A stretch of 64,000 bases of DNA from an uncultured delta proteobacterium (GCA_963808235.1 CAWEEQ010000004.1:2912001-2976000); one strand, 5' to 3'. Counted from the stretch's first letter, positions 30,361 through 40,979 are shown. The notes: generated by a model from the sequence alone, not told the origin. Numbers and translations are program-made.

Positions 30361-30374
30361 GAGGGAGAAGCACG

Positions 30375-30980
30375 ATGCAACCATTCAAGAATTTCACCGC
30401 GATGGTCGCGCCGCTCGATCGCGCCAACGTCGATACCGATCAGATCATTCCCAAACAATTTCTGAAGGCGGTGGTGCGCACTGGTTTGAAGAAGGGTCTC
30501 TTTTTCGATTGGCGGCTGAATCCGGACGGCAGCGCGAACAAGGACTTCGAGCTGAACAAGCCGCGCTTCCAGGGCGCGTCGATTTTGGTCGCGCGCACGA
30601 ACTTTGGATGCGGCAGTTCGCGCGAGCACGCAGTCTGGGCGCTCCGCGACTACGGATTTCGCGCCGTGATCGCGCCAGGCTTCGCCGATATCTTCCACAA
30701 CAACTGCCTCAAGAACGGCTTTCTGCCGATTACCCTGCCCGATACCGACGTCGAGCACATCTTTCGCGCCACCGGCGACTACGAGGCGTATCGGCTGACG
30801 ATCGATCTGGAAAAACAGACGGTGTCAGATGACTTCGGATGGACCGTGCATTTCGACATCGAGCCATTCGACAAGAAGTGCCTGCTCGAAGGCCTCGACG
30901 ATATCGCGCTGACTCTCTCGCACGAAGATCGAATCGTCGCGTACGAGAAAACGCGTCCGCTCCCTCATCGCTTCGAATAG
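30375..30980 (+). CDS. leuD: 3-isopropylmalate dehydratase small subunit
   Basis: NVDTDQIIPKQFL, NFGCGSSREHA. Confidence 0.96.
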   Translation: MQPFKNFTAMVAPLDRANVDTDQIIPKQFLKAVVRTGLKKGLFFDWRLNPDGSANKDFELNKPRFQGASILVARTNFGCGSSREHAVWALRDYGFRAVIAPGFADIFHNNCLKNGFLPITLPDTDVEHIFRATGDYEAYRLTIDLEKQTVSDDFGWTVHFDIEPFDKKCLLEGLDDIALTLSHEDRIVAYEKTRPLPHRFE

Positions 30981-30991
30981 AGGACGAGATC

Positions 30992-31189
30992 ATGAAATCG
31001 ATTGTGTCGATAGCTGTCGTCGCGCTTTGCTCGACCATCCTGGCCGGATGCTGGTTCTACTCGAGGCCCGTAGGTGACCCCAATGCCGGTTGCCAGAAAA
31101 CCACCTACGGCATCGTGACGGCGACCACCAGCAACACGAATTGCTCGCCTGACAACGCGCCTCCGCTACCGCCCCCTTCGAATCCGTAA
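30992..31189 (+). CDS. Small lipoprotein (65 aa)
   Basis: AGGA RBS, signal peptide with lipobox LAGC, two further Cys, Pro-rich tail. Confidence 0.6.
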   Translation: MKSIVSIAVVALCSTILAGCWFYSRPVGDPNAGCQKTTYGIVTATTSNTNCSPDNAPPLPPPSNP

Positions 31190-31219
31190 TTTTTCTCCGT
31201 TCGTGGCATAATCGCTTTC

Positions 31220-32233
31220 GTGATTCTGCCTGCTTCAATCACCGCCGATGCGGCCCACGACCGGATGCGCCTCGACGTGTTTATCTCGACGCGCCTTGCG
31301 CCGGAATATTCGCGTTCACAGGTGGCGCGGATGATCAAGGCGGGTCTCGTGACCGTCAACGGCGCTGCTGCGCGTGCGTCGAGTGGCGTCAGGACTGGCG
31401 ATCGCGTCGAGGTCGCGCCGCCGCGTGCCGGTGAGCTGCACGAAGTCCACCATCAAACGAGCGGCGCCCCCGAAATCAGCGTGATCTTTGCCGACGACGA
31501 AATAATCGTCGTCAACAAGCCCGCCGGCATGACGGTGCATCCCGCTCCCGGGCATCCCGACGGCACGCTCGTCGACGGATTGCTCGCGAGGTTTCCCGAA
31601 CTCTCGGCGATGGCCGAGCCCGACGGAGTGCTGCGTCCCGGAATCGTGCATCGGCTCGACAAGGACACCTCGGGCGTGATGGTTGTCGCGCGCACTCCGT
31701 TCGCGCGCACCGCGCTATCGCGGCAGTTCAAGGATCGCAGCGTCAGCAAAATCTACCTCGCGATTGTCAAGGGAATCGTCGCGCGCGATCGCGTTACGAT
31801 CGAACGGCCGGTCGGGCGCCATCCGATCGAACGCAAGAAAATGTCCGTGCGATCGCACATGCCGCGCGACGCGATTAGCAAGGTGACAGTGTTGCGCCGC
31901 TTCGAGCCCGCGAGTCGCGACGGTCTCGAGCTGGGCGCGTCACTGGTCCGCGTGAAGCCCGAGACCGGCCGGATGCATCAGATTCGCGTCCATCTCGCGT
32001 CGATTGGTCATCCGTGTCTCGGCGATCGCGTCTATGGCGGGGCGAAACTCGATGACGCCGGACACTTCGAGCGGCAGGCGCTGCATGCGCTTGCGCTTTC
32101 GATCACCCATCCGCGATCCCGCGAGCATCTCGAATTCCTCGCGCCGCTGCCGGCGGATTTCGTCGCGTTTCTCGCTGATAACTCGAGCGGCGTCGAGCCT
32201 GCCGAGCTTCGCCACTGGATAGAGGTGGATTGA
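31220..32233 (+). CDS. rluD: RluA-family pseudouridine synthase (RluD-like)
   Basis: S4 domain, VNKPAGMTVHP, HRLDKDTSG, TGRMHQIRVH, QALHA. Confidence 0.9.
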   Translation: MILPASITADAAHDRMRLDVFISTRLAPEYSRSQVARMIKAGLVTVNGAAARASSGVRTGDRVEVAPPRAGELHEVHHQTSGAPEISVIFADDEIIVVNKPAGMTVHPAPGHPDGTLVDGLLARFPELSAMAEPDGVLRPGIVHRLDKDTSGVMVVARTPFARTALSRQFKDRSVSKIYLAIVKGIVARDRVTIERPVGRHPIERKKMSVRSHMPRDAISKVTVLRRFEPASRDGLELGASLVRVKPETGRMHQIRVHLASIGHPCLGDRVYGGAKLDDAGHFERQALHALALSITHPRSREHLEFLAPLPADFVAFLADNSSGVEPAELRHWIEVD

Positions 32234-32238
32234 CCTCG

Positions 32239-32267
32239 TTGACAACGCCGGTATGCGCGGGTAGCGT
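32239..32267 (+). promoter_or_regulatory. Putative rho promoter
   Basis: TTGACA-N17-TAGCGT, about 270 nt upstream of the rho start. Confidence 0.5.
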
Positions 32268-32535
32268 TTTGATTGAGCTTCCGCACTGAGGACGCTGAGA
32301 CGGGTGGGTGGTGACAGAATCCCGGCTCCCGGCGGTCCGATTTTCGAGCCCAAGGCCTCGTTCCGAATCCCGACCGCTTGGGCATCAATGAATCACTAAT
32401 GGTTTCTCTCGTCACGAGAGAGTTCGCGAGATTATCTGGATCGTCAAACGCACTTAACCTGCGCCGCAGCCCGACCAGGGCCGCAAGGGTCGCAGCATTC
32501 AGATCAAGATGGAGTCAAGGTTGCGGGGAAGGCAT

Positions 32536-33927
32536 ATGAGCAAGGGCAGAGGAGTTGCGAAGAGCGACGAGGGTCGCTTCGACGACGCGCGTTCATCCAA
32601 CGGAGCGCCGCGCCAGGTGAACCTGGATGGAAATCCGAATCTTCCGCCGCCGGCGCCGGTGTTCAGCGACGATGGGGTCCTCAACCTCAAATCGCTCAAA
32701 CGCGCGAAGATAACCGAGCTGGCGCAGATGGCGCGCGAGTTGAACGTCGACAACGCCCCCAACATGCGCAAGCAGGAGATGATCTTCGCGATCCTGCAGG
32801 CGCAGGCCGCCAAGAACGGCTCGATCCTCGGCGAGGGCGTGCTCGAAATCCTCCCCGACGGCTTCGGCTTCCTGCGCGCCCCCGACTACAACTACCTGCC
32901 CGGTCCCGACGACATCTACATCTCGCCGAGTCAGATCCGGAAGTTCAATCTGCGCACGGGCGACGTGGTTTCCGGGTTGATCCGACCACCGAAGGAAGGC
33001 GAGCGCTACTTCGCGCTGCTCAAGGTTGAATCGATCAACTACGAGGATCCCGAAAAGGCACGCGACAAAATTCTCTTCGACAACCTGACCCCGCTCTACC
33101 CCGAAGAACGCATCAAGCTCGAATACAATCACGAGGATTTGACCACCCGCATAATCGATTTGGTCGCGCCGATCGGCAAGGGCCAGCGCGGGCTTATCGT
33201 CGCGGCGCCGTTCACCGGCAAAACGATGATGCTACAGGCGATCGCGAAAGCGATCGCGCACAACCATCCCGAGATCGTGCTGATCGTGCTGCTCGTCGAC
33301 GAACGCCCCGAGGAAGTTACCGACATGCTCCGCTCGGTGCAGGGGGAGGTCGTAAGCTCCACCTTCGACGAGCCCGCCACCCGCCACGTGCAGGTCGCCG
33401 AGATGGTAATCGAAAAAGCGCGCCGCCTCGTCGAGCACGGACGCAACGTCGTGATCCTGCTCGATTCGATCACTCGTCTCGCCCGCGCCTACAACACCGT
33501 GGTCCCGCCGTCGGGCAAGATTCTCTCCGGCGGCGTCGATTCCAACGCGCTGCACAAGCCGAAGAAGTTTTTCGGCGCCGCGCGCAACACCGAAGACGGC
33601 GGCAGCCTGACCATTATCGCGACCGCGCTGGTCGATACCGGCAGCCGGATGGACGAAGTGATTTTCGAAGAGTTCAAGGGCACCGGCAATCAGCAGATCG
33701 CGCTCGATCGCCGACTCCTGGAAAAACGCATTTTCCCAACTATCGATATCCAGCGCTCGACGACCCGCAAGGAAGAGCTGCTGCTGCCGCGCGCCACTCT
33801 CAATCGCGTCTGGATTCTGCGCAAGCTCCTGACCCAGCTCAACGCCGTCGAGGCGATGGAATTCCTCATCGACAAGATGGACAAGACCAAGACCAACGAG
33901 GAGTTCCTCGAATCGATGAACGCATAG
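32536..33927 (+). CDS. rho: Transcription termination factor Rho
   Basis: [43 protein letters not shown]; exact start uncertain. Confidence 0.97.
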   Translation: MSKGRGVAKSDEGRFDDARSSNGAPRQVNLDGNPNLPPPAPVFSDDGVLNLKSLKRAKITELAQMARELNVDNAPNMRKQEMIFAILQAQAAKNGSILGEGVLEILPDGFGFLRAPDYNYLPGPDDIYISPSQIRKFNLRTGDVVSGLIRPPKEGERYFALLKVESINYEDPEKARDKILFDNLTPLYPEERIKLEYNHEDLTTRIIDLVAPIGKGQRGLIVAAPFTGKTMMLQAIAKAIAHNHPEIVLIVLLVDERPEEVTDMLRSVQGEVVSSTFDEPATRHVQVAEMVIEKARRLVEHGRNVVILLDSITRLARAYNTVVPPSGKILSGGVDSNALHKPKKFFGAARNTEDGGSLTIIATALVDTGSRMDEVIFEEFKGTGNQQIALDRRLLEKRIFPTIDIQRSTTRKEELLLPRATLNRVWILRKLLTQLNAVEAMEFLIDKMDKTKTNEEFLESMNA

Positions 33928-33997
33928 GGGGCGCAACTTTCATTTGATCGCCACCCCGGAAGGCGTATAACTGCGAAAACCCTGCCAGGTGGGGAAC

Positions 33998-34318
33998 GTG
34001 AAACGCCGCCACGCCGCTGCGCTCGCAATTGTGGGCTGGTATCTGATGATGCCGCCCGACTCCGCCAAAATCCCTCATTCGGTCGATTCGAGGGCGCCGC
34101 TCTCGCGCTGGATGATCGTCGCCACCTTCGACACTTCGGAAGCCTGCGAAAAGGCGCTCGCCGACATTCAAAGCAAGGAACGCGACCCGAGCGAACTCGA
34201 TACCACCGGGAAGCTCCGGCGCCTGAAGAAAGACCCGCCCGATCCTGCGTTGGGAATTTCGCGAGCGGTTAACTCCGGATGCGTCGAGAGCGACGATTTC
34301 CGCCTTAAGAAGAAATAG
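33998..34318 (+). CDS. Small exported two-Cys protein, RHxxALAxVGWYL family, copy 1
   Basis: RHAAALAIVGWYLMMPP...W...FDTSEACE...CVESDDFRLK; TATAAC box at 33966. Confidence 0.75.
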   Translation: MKRRHAAALAIVGWYLMMPPDSAKIPHSVDSRAPLSRWMIVATFDTSEACEKALADIQSKERDPSELDTTGKLRRLKKDPPDPALGISRAVNSGCVESDDFRLKKK

Positions 34319-34436
34319 CCGACCGCGATACCCCCTCCGGTTGTCACTCTGAGGCCGCTTGATATAATCGCCGCGAAGTCTAAGGGCCCGAAACAATAGC
34401 ACCGGACTGGTGATAGCTGGCGGAGACCGGGCGTTC

Positions 34437-36367
34437 ATGGAAGCTCAAACCAAGTACGCCAAGAGTGGCGATGTTCACATCGCGTACCGCGTCTTCGGCA
34501 GCGGCCCGCGCGACATCATACTGGTGCCGGGCACCGTGTCGCACGTCGAGCTCTACTGGGAGCTGCCCGCCAACCAGTATCTGCTGAAACGGCTCACCTC
34601 TTTTTCACGCGTAATCGTTTTCGACAAGCGCGGTCAGGGTCTCTCCGATCGGGTCGCCGACCAGACGCTCGAGGAGCGGGTCGGCGACGTGCTCGCCGTA
34701 ATGGACGCGGCCGGCTCCAATCGCGCCACCATCTACGGCTGGTCGGAAGGCGGTCAGATGTCGCTGAAGTTCGCCGCGACCTGTCCCGAGCGAGTCTCCG
34801 GCCTCGTCTTGTACGGCACCTATGCGTCGATCAAGCCGGCTCCGTGGGCCGTGAGTCCGGAGCGGTTCGAGCAATTCCTCGGGGCGCTGGAAGCCCACTG
34901 GGGTGAAGGCATCCTGGTCCGTCTTAATGCGCCCAGCCGCGCGAATGATAAGGCATTTATGAAATGGTTCGGACGACTCGAGCGCGCGGTCGCGAGTCCG
35001 AGCACGATCCTCGCCCTGATGCGCGCGAATTACGAAATCGACGTCGGCCATCTTCTCCCATCGATCCAGGTGCCGACCCTGATCCTCCATCGCATTGGCG
35101 ACTCGCTCGTTCCGGTCGAATGCGGGCGCTACCTGGCTCGTAATATCCCCGGCGCCAAATACGTCGAGCTAACCGGCGACGACCATCTGCTCCAGGCCAT
35201 GGATCAAGACGTGCTGGATATCCTTCTCGACAGTATCGAGGAATTCGTGACCGGCCGATGCCATCGCGCGGAGCAGGACCCAATCCTCTCCACGGAAGTA
35301 TCCGCCGACACGCTCGACTCCGCGACGCACGCCGCCCCAGCCATGGCCCGCGCGGATTGGGGAAGTCCAAACGAGGCCATCGCCGAACTCGAAAGATGCC
35401 GTGAGATTCTAGCTTCCGCAGAGGACGGGCGCGGGCTTGCCGCAGTGGTCGCGCGCGCTGAAGCGGTTGCCGCTGCGGCACGAGGTTCGTGGGAGGAATC
35501 GGAAGCACAATTCATCAAGGCCGCAGAGACCTTTCGACGCCTTGGTATGGTCTGGCAGGAGGCGCAGACGTTTCAAAGTTGGGGCCACGCCTTGCGCGCC
35601 GGCGTCGATCGTCACGCGGCGATCGAAAAGCTCGACAAGGCAATCGAGATCTATCGCAAGCACGGCGCGGATCAGAGTTGGATCGACAACGTCAAGGGCA
35701 ACTTCGCGCGCACTGACGGTACCAATGGTTCATCTGGAGCGCGCGCAGAAATCCCAAAACGGCCCGCCGCGCCCGAGGCAGTGTTTCGTCGCGAAGGCGA
35801 CTATTGGACGGTGACATGGGATGGGAACGTGGTCCGCCTCAAGGACGCCAAGGGCCTTCACTACATCTCCTACTTGCTCGCCAATCCCGGCCGGATGATC
35901 CTGGCCTGCGAACTCGCCGCAACTGGAAAGTCAAACGGCAGCGATCGTGGCGGCAACCGTCGTGATTCGATCGATCCGCTCGGCACCGCGCCAGACCTCG
36001 GCGATGCCGGCGCGATGCTCGACGCGAAGGCCCGCCTGCAATATCGCGCCCGCATCAGCGAGCTCGGCGAGGAAGTGGCGCAAGCCGCTCAGCTCAACGA
36101 CACCTTGCGCGCGTCACACCTGCGCTCCGAGCTGGAGTCGCTTCGCGAGCAGATTGTCGCCGCAGTCGGGCTCGGCGGACGAAACCGCAAGGCTGCGTCG
36201 CATCTGAACGGGCGCGCCTGATGGTGACCAAGGCAATCAAGGCCGCGATTGCGAAGATCCGCTCGAGCGACCCTGTGCTCGGCCGCTATCTCGCGACGTC
36301 CATCAAGACCGGCAACTGCTGCGCCTACGATCCCGGCCCTGACGCTCCCATCGCCTGGCAGTTGTAG
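34437..36367 (+). CDS. Alpha/beta hydrolase fused to a helical/TPR-like region and a regulator-like C-terminal domain; apparent frameshift near 36205
   Basis: YAKSGDVHIAY, FDKRGQGLSDR, GWSEGG elbow. C-terminus FRREGDYW..LKDAKGL..LLANPG continues after the shift as ERARLMVTKAIKAAI...SIKTG..CAY. Confidence 0.8.
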
Positions 36368-36557
36368 GACTCCGCGCGCCACGATTCGGCCCGCGCTTTT
36401 ATTTGTGCCGAGCGTCGGCACATCGTTCCCGTATTTTTCACGCTTCTAATGTTAGGAAGATTCGCTTTACCGGGCGGGAATAAGACCTGCCTTCGTGAAT
36501 CGCGGCAATGGTCTCGCGTTCGCACCGCTGGAAGCGCCTAACAGGGAGGAAGTAGTA

Positions 36558-37106
36558 ATGAAAAAAGTAGCGGCTCTGACTTTGCTGGCTGGGTGCATGA
36601 TCTTGGCCGGCGCGCACCCACGCGATCGCGCAGCCAGGACTCCACCGAGCCTCGCCCAGGTCGTGGTATTGGACGAATGCGATCCGACCACGTTCAACGC
36701 GGCGATTGGCCCTGACTTTTGCAAGAACGTCACGCTTGGAGCGTTTACCACGTTGTCCGATCTATTTGCAGGTGCGGAGGCTGGAACCCCCGATCCGGGC
36801 TGGGACTTCGAACCCGACACTTTGACGATCAAGCAGGGGACCATCGTTTCCGTGGTCGACCAGGGCGGTGAGCCTCACACCTTTACCGAAGTGAAAGCGT
36901 TCGGCAACGGATTCCTGCCGCCGCTCAACCCAGGCAGTGCGACGAGCGTTATCCCGGAATGCGCGGGCGGCTTTTCCACCGTCGCCGTGGCCAGGACCCG
37001 AATTCTTCAAGGCAGTCATCTCGATGTCGTCGGTCTCTCGAAGGGAAAGCATCTGTTCCAGTGCTGCATCCATCCCTGGATGCGCATGGAAGTCGACGTG
37101 AAGTAA
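36558..37106 (+). CDS. Exported cupredoxin-like (type 1 copper) protein
   Basis: GGAGG RBS, signal peptide, GGEPHTFT...FQCCIHPWM (H, C, H, M ligands). Confidence 0.8.
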   Translation: MKKVAALTLLAGCMILAGAHPRDRAARTPPSLAQVVVLDECDPTTFNAAIGPDFCKNVTLGAFTTLSDLFAGAEAGTPDPGWDFEPDTLTIKQGTIVSVVDQGGEPHTFTEVKAFGNGFLPPLNPGSATSVIPECAGGFSTVAVARTRILQGSHLDVVGLSKGKHLFQCCIHPWMRMEVDVK

Positions 37107-37236
37107 TCCGCACCGGAATGCACTCGCGTCTGAGGTGTTTGGAACAACCGGGCTCTCGATGGAGCCCGGTTGAATTAAGCGACATTTTGTATTACAGCGA
37201 GATTCGATAGAGACATTCCCGTGGGAGGGAAAGCAG

Positions 37237-38766
37237 ATGCGTCTGGGCCAAGTTGTCGGCTGTGGCGTGATTCTGTGCTTGGGGACCTTCTCCGCTAGCG
37301 TGTCGGCGCAATCGGATCCGCCCGGGATTCCCAAATGGGCTGCCGAAGTCCATCGGCTCGCCATGAAGGTTCATGACACCGGCCCCGCGAGCGATTCGAC
37401 GGGAATCTTTCCTTCTGTAATCCCGCAAGCCCTCCCTAATCCCGATCCCACCGGCGTGGTCGAGACCTTCAACACCGGCGCGCCAACCGACACCTCGTCC
37501 AATCCATTCTTCCAGAGTCTCGGGACCAACGGGCGCGCCTGCGCCACCTGCCATGAACCCCGCAGCGCATGGGGCGTCAGCGCAGCTTCCATTCAACAGC
37601 GTTTTGACGAAAGCAACGGCACCGATCCGATTTTCCGTCTGGTCGACGGCGCGACCTGTCCGAGCGATGACGTTAGCTCGCTCGCGGCGGAACGCGACGC
37701 GTACAAACTCCTGCTATCCAAAGGCCTGATCCGTATCTTCCTGCCGCTGCCCGCAACTCAACTCGGAACCGCGACACCCAGGGACTATGAAATCACCTCG
37801 GTCACCGATCCTTACGGTTGCACCACTCTGTCTTCGATCCCGCCGGTTATCTCGGTTTACCGGCGCCCGCTGCCATCGGCGAATCTGCGCTTCCTGATTG
37901 GTTGCCCGCCGGGTCAGACCACGTGCGCGCCGCTATCGATCATGTGGGATGGACGAGAGCCGTCGCTGCAAAGCCAGTCAATCGACGCAACGCTCGGCCA
38001 TGCGCAAGCGACGAGCAAACCCAGCGACCCACAAGTCGCGCAGATCGTGGCCTTTGAAACCGGCATCTTCGACGCGCAGGAATTCGACAACGACGCGGGT
38101 ACTCTCCATGCACGACAGGCAAGCGGCGGACCGGCGGCGCTCTCGCAGCAGCAATTCTTCATCGGAATCAACGACTCTCTCTCTCCCGGATTCACCTCCG
38201 ACATTTTCACCCTCTACGATCCATGGGAGAACCTCCCGCCGGACGGCCGCAACGCGGCACGCGCGTCCGTAGCGCGCGGAGAGATTTTGTTCGACACCAA
38301 GCCGATCACCATCAGCGGCGTGAACGGGCTCAACTTGTTTGCGAGCGATCCGCTCGGCGCGAACACGATCGTCGGTACCTGCGGCACCTGCCATGATTCG
38401 CCCAACGTCGGCAACCATTCGAAGAAGCTCGCGCTCAATATCGGGATCGCGGACGCGACTCCGCCGGTGCTCGACGTTTCCGGTTTGCCGGTTTTCACGG
38501 TGCAATGTACCGAGACCACCGGTCCGCTCAAGGGGCAGACGTTTACCGTGACCGATCTGGGCAAAGCGCTTATCAGCGGGAGTTGCGCGGATGTCGGAAA
38601 GGTGAAGGGACCTATTCTGCGCGGACTCTCCGCGCGTGCGCCCTATTTCCACAACGGCTCCGCCGCCACCTTCGACAACGTCGTGAATTTCTACGACCAG
38701 CGCTTCGGAATTGGTTTTACAGATCAGGAGAAGGCAGACCTGATAGCGTTCCTGCAGACGCTGTGA
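37237..38766 (+). CDS. Exported di-haem c cytochrome, CCP/MauG superfamily-like
   Basis: Signal peptide; CATCH and CGTCH; IMWDGR; KGPILRGLSARAPYFHNGSAATF; EKADLIAFL. Confidence 0.8.
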   Translation: MRLGQVVGCGVILCLGTFSASVSAQSDPPGIPKWAAEVHRLAMKVHDTGPASDSTGIFPSVIPQALPNPDPTGVVETFNTGAPTDTSSNPFFQSLGTNGRACATCHEPRSAWGVSAASIQQRFDESNGTDPIFRLVDGATCPSDDVSSLAAERDAYKLLLSKGLIRIFLPLPATQLGTATPRDYEITSVTDPYGCTTLSSIPPVISVYRRPLPSANLRFLIGCPPGQTTCAPLSIMWDGREPSLQSQSIDATLGHAQATSKPSDPQVAQIVAFETGIFDAQEFDNDAGTLHARQASGGPAALSQQQFFIGINDSLSPGFTSDIFTLYDPWENLPPDGRNAARASVARGEILFDTKPITISGVNGLNLFASDPLGANTIVGTCGTCHDSPNVGNHSKKLALNIGIADATPPVLDVSGLPVFTVQCTETTGPLKGQTFTVTDLGKALISGSCADVGKVKGPILRGLSARAPYFHNGSAATFDNVVNFYDQRFGIGFTDQEKADLIAFLQTL

Positions 38767-38881
38767 GCAACGACCGGAATTCCTGAAACCCAGGCACTTC
38801 CGGCGCAAAGAAAAAAATGGTCTGAAGGTAAATGTCGGGTAATAATAGTAAGAGCACAACCGCTGCCTGGAGGACCTTCCC

Positions 38882-39022
38882 ATGTCGCCACTCATTCTGA
38901 TCTTGATCCTGTTGCTACTCTTCGGCGGTGGCGGTGGTTATTACGCCTACGGACCCGCCGGCGGAATCGGCATCGGCGGAATTATTCTGATCATCCTGAT
39001 CGTGATGCTGGTCAGAAGGTAG
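38882..39022 (+). CDS. 46-aa Gly-rich membrane protein (DUF3309-like)
   Basis: GGAGG RBS; MSPLILILILLLLFGGGGGYYAYGPAGGIGIGGIILIILIVMLVRR. Confidence 0.75.
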   Translation: MSPLILILILLLLFGGGGGYYAYGPAGGIGIGGIILIILIVMLVRR

Positions 39023-39108
39023 TCAAGCTTCGAGAAGCACTGCTGACTGCTTCCCTCGCCCGTCTGCTCGATAAGTGAGGGGACATCCGTGCGGCGCGTT
39101 CTCCGAGC

Positions 39109-39417
39109 TTAGTGCGGAGGCGGTGGCGGGTGATGCGGATGGCCCGGCCCTTCCTCGAGGCCGGGATCGTCGGTAGCGATACAAACCGCAAAGAGTACCG
39201 ATTGCAGGCCGGGTTCCGCGGACTCGCTTTTGGTAGCCGAATCGGCGGCGCGCTTCTTTACCGATGCGCGTTCCGCCTCGCATTCCTTGGCGGAATCAAA
39301 ACTCGACAAGATCTGCCAGCGGCGAAGCCCTTCAGTTTCACCGGGCGGAGACCCAGGCGGCGGAACCATCAGGTACCATCCCACAAGCGCAAGCGCAGCG
39401 GTATGCCGAATTTTCAT
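39109..39417 (-). CDS. Small exported two-Cys protein, RHxxALAxVGWYL family, copy 2
   Basis: RHTAALALVGWYLMVPP...W...FDSAKECE...CIATDDPGL. Confidence 0.75.
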   Translation of the reverse strand: MKIRHTAALALVGWYLMVPPPGSPPGETEGLRRWQILSSFDSAKECEAERASVKKRAADSATKSESAEPGLQSVLFAVCIATDDPGLEEGPGHPHHPPPPPH

Positions 39418-39469
39418 GGCGATGTTCCTACCACACTCATCGCCCGTCTGGGAACGCCCGCCCTAATAG

Positions 39470-39521
39470 CCTCGCCCTGACAGGGAGAGGCCGACGCTCG
39501 TCCCCGAGCGGCGGGTGAGGG
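39470..39521 (+). repeat. CCCTC...GGGAGAGG...GGGTGAGGG-type palindromic repeat
   Basis: CCTCGCCCTGACAGGGAGAGG hairpin followed by GGGTGAGGG. Confidence 0.5.
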
Positions 39522-39574
39522 TCCGCATTCCAAATTCCGCGCACACTAAACGTCATGCAAAGCTCTGAGTCGAC

Positions 39575-39709
39575 GCATCGATCGCATTGAACTACGCCCA
39601 ATACAATTTCGTGCGGATTCACCGGACGCTGAGGATGACGCCCGCGATGGCCGCTGGCGTAACGGATCGGCTATGGTCCGTCGAGGATCTATTGGGGGCG
39701 GTTATATGA
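39575..39709 (+). pseudogene. C-terminal remnant of an IS1-family transposase
   Basis: ASIALNYAQYNFVRIHRTLRMTPAMAAGVTDRLWSVEDLL* matches the YNFxRxHxTLxxTPAMAAGxTDxxW tail of IS1-family transposases; no upstream ORF. Confidence 0.8.
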
Positions 39710-39960
39710 CGGAAAGACAATTGTTCGGGGTGGTTGTTCGAGCGTTCGGCCTTTGGTCTATCGTTCTCGGTGTCTCCGCGATCCACGGGATCATACAGAT
39801 TTTCGGCGTTCGAACGATAAATAACTTTGATTGGCAACCGGCAGTTGCGTTTGCAGCCCTCTATCTTGCTGCCGGTCTTGTCGTACTGCGAAAGTCGGAA
39901 ATGATCGTGCAATTCGCTTACGTAACGGAAGGCTCCAGACCCCCTGGCAATTCAAATTAG
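39706..39960 (+). CDS. Small two-TM membrane protein (IS1 passenger)
   Basis: MTERQLFGVVVRAFGLW...; start overlaps the transposase-remnant stop (ATGA). Confidence 0.65.
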   Translation: MTERQLFGVVVRAFGLWSIVLGVSAIHGIIQIFGVRTINNFDWQPAVAFAALYLAAGLVVLRKSEMIVQFAYVTEGSRPPGNSN

Positions 39961-40049
39961 GGTGCCACCCGCCGATTCATGGGGCTAGCCCCTTCCATCA
40001 CGGCCTGATATTTTGGGTGGATCACTAAGAGGCGCAGGAACAAAATTCT

Positions 40050-40835
40050 ATGACTGAAATCTCCATGAAGCAGCTGCTCGAGGCCGGCGTCCATTTCGGC
40101 CATCAGACCAGCCGCTGGAACCCGAAGATGAAGCAATACATCTTCGGCGCACGCAACGGAATTTACATCATCGATCTTCAGCAGACCGTCAAGATGTTTC
40201 GCGCGACCTTCGATTTCGCACGCGACGTCGCCGCCGCCGGCGGCACGATGCTGTTCGTTGGGACCAAGAAGCAGGCCCAGGACATCGTCAAAGAGGAAGC
40301 CGAACGCTGCGGGATGTTCTACGTCAACAACCGATGGCTCGGCGGGATGCTGACCAACTTCCAGACTATCCGCGCCTCGATCGAGCGGCTCAAGAAGCTC
40401 GAAGAGGTGATGGCCGATCCGGAGATGATCCGCGCGCTCACCAAAAAAGAAATGAGCGACAACGCGCGCGATCACGAAAAACTGATGAGCAACCTGGCCG
40501 GGATCAAAAATATGCGCAAGCTCCCGGACGCGCTCTGGGTTATCGACACCAAGAAGGAAGATATCGCGGTCGCCGAAGCGAACCGGCTCGGTATCCCGGT
40601 CGCGGCGGTGGTCGATACCAACTGCGACCCCGATCTGATCGCTTATCGAATTCCCGGCAACGACGACGCGATCCGCGCAATCAAGTTGTTCACGGCGGCG
40701 GTCGCCGACGCGATTATCGAGGGCAAGCAAATCGCCGAAGAGCGCGCCAAGGGACAGCGCGACGGGGGCTCTGACTCGGGCGCCTCGAACGGCAGCGGCG
40801 CAAACGCGCCGGCGCCCGAATCGCCAAGCGTCTAA
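40050..40835 (+). CDS. rpsB: 30S ribosomal protein S2
   Basis: [32 protein letters not shown]. Confidence 0.98.
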   Translation: MTEISMKQLLEAGVHFGHQTSRWNPKMKQYIFGARNGIYIIDLQQTVKMFRATFDFARDVAAAGGTMLFVGTKKQAQDIVKEEAERCGMFYVNNRWLGGMLTNFQTIRASIERLKKLEEVMADPEMIRALTKKEMSDNARDHEKLMSNLAGIKNMRKLPDALWVIDTKKEDIAVAEANRLGIPVAAVVDTNCDPDLIAYRIPGNDDAIRAIKLFTAAVADAIIEGKQIAEERAKGQRDGGSDSGASNGSGANAPAPESPSV

Positions 40836-40869
40836 GCTCTCGCGGTGCTAGCTGAATTGGTTCCCCACG

Positions 40870-40911
40870 CGCCGGGGGCGATTCCCTCGAGGGAAGGGGT
40901 TAGGGTCAGGT
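40870..40911 (+). repeat. Intergenic palindromic repeat, copy A
   Basis: CGCCGGGGGCGATTCCCTCGAGGGAAGGGGTTAGG; near-identical copy at 41640-41675. Confidence 0.75.
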
Positions 40912-40979
40912 AAGCGGAGCGCGATGGCCTTGCCTAAGACCGACTTCACAAACAATACTGGTCACGCTTAGGAATTCCG

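Larger units (their letters stand above)
39575..39970 (+). mobile_element. Relic right end of an IS1-family element with passenger gene and degenerate terminal repeat
   Basis: Transposase tail, ATGA-coupled passenger gene, then TTCAAATTAGGGTGCCACCC (39951-39970) overlapping the passenger stop. Confidence 0.6.

Noticed and set aside
32430-32441. GATTATCTGGAT match to the IS1595 end, upstream of rho
   Set aside because: Only 12 bp, lacks the terminal GG run and has no associated element; probably chance.
39437-39912. Minus-strand ORFs 39437-39622 and 39619-39912
   Set aside because: They are antisense to the IS1 transposase remnant and its passenger gene.
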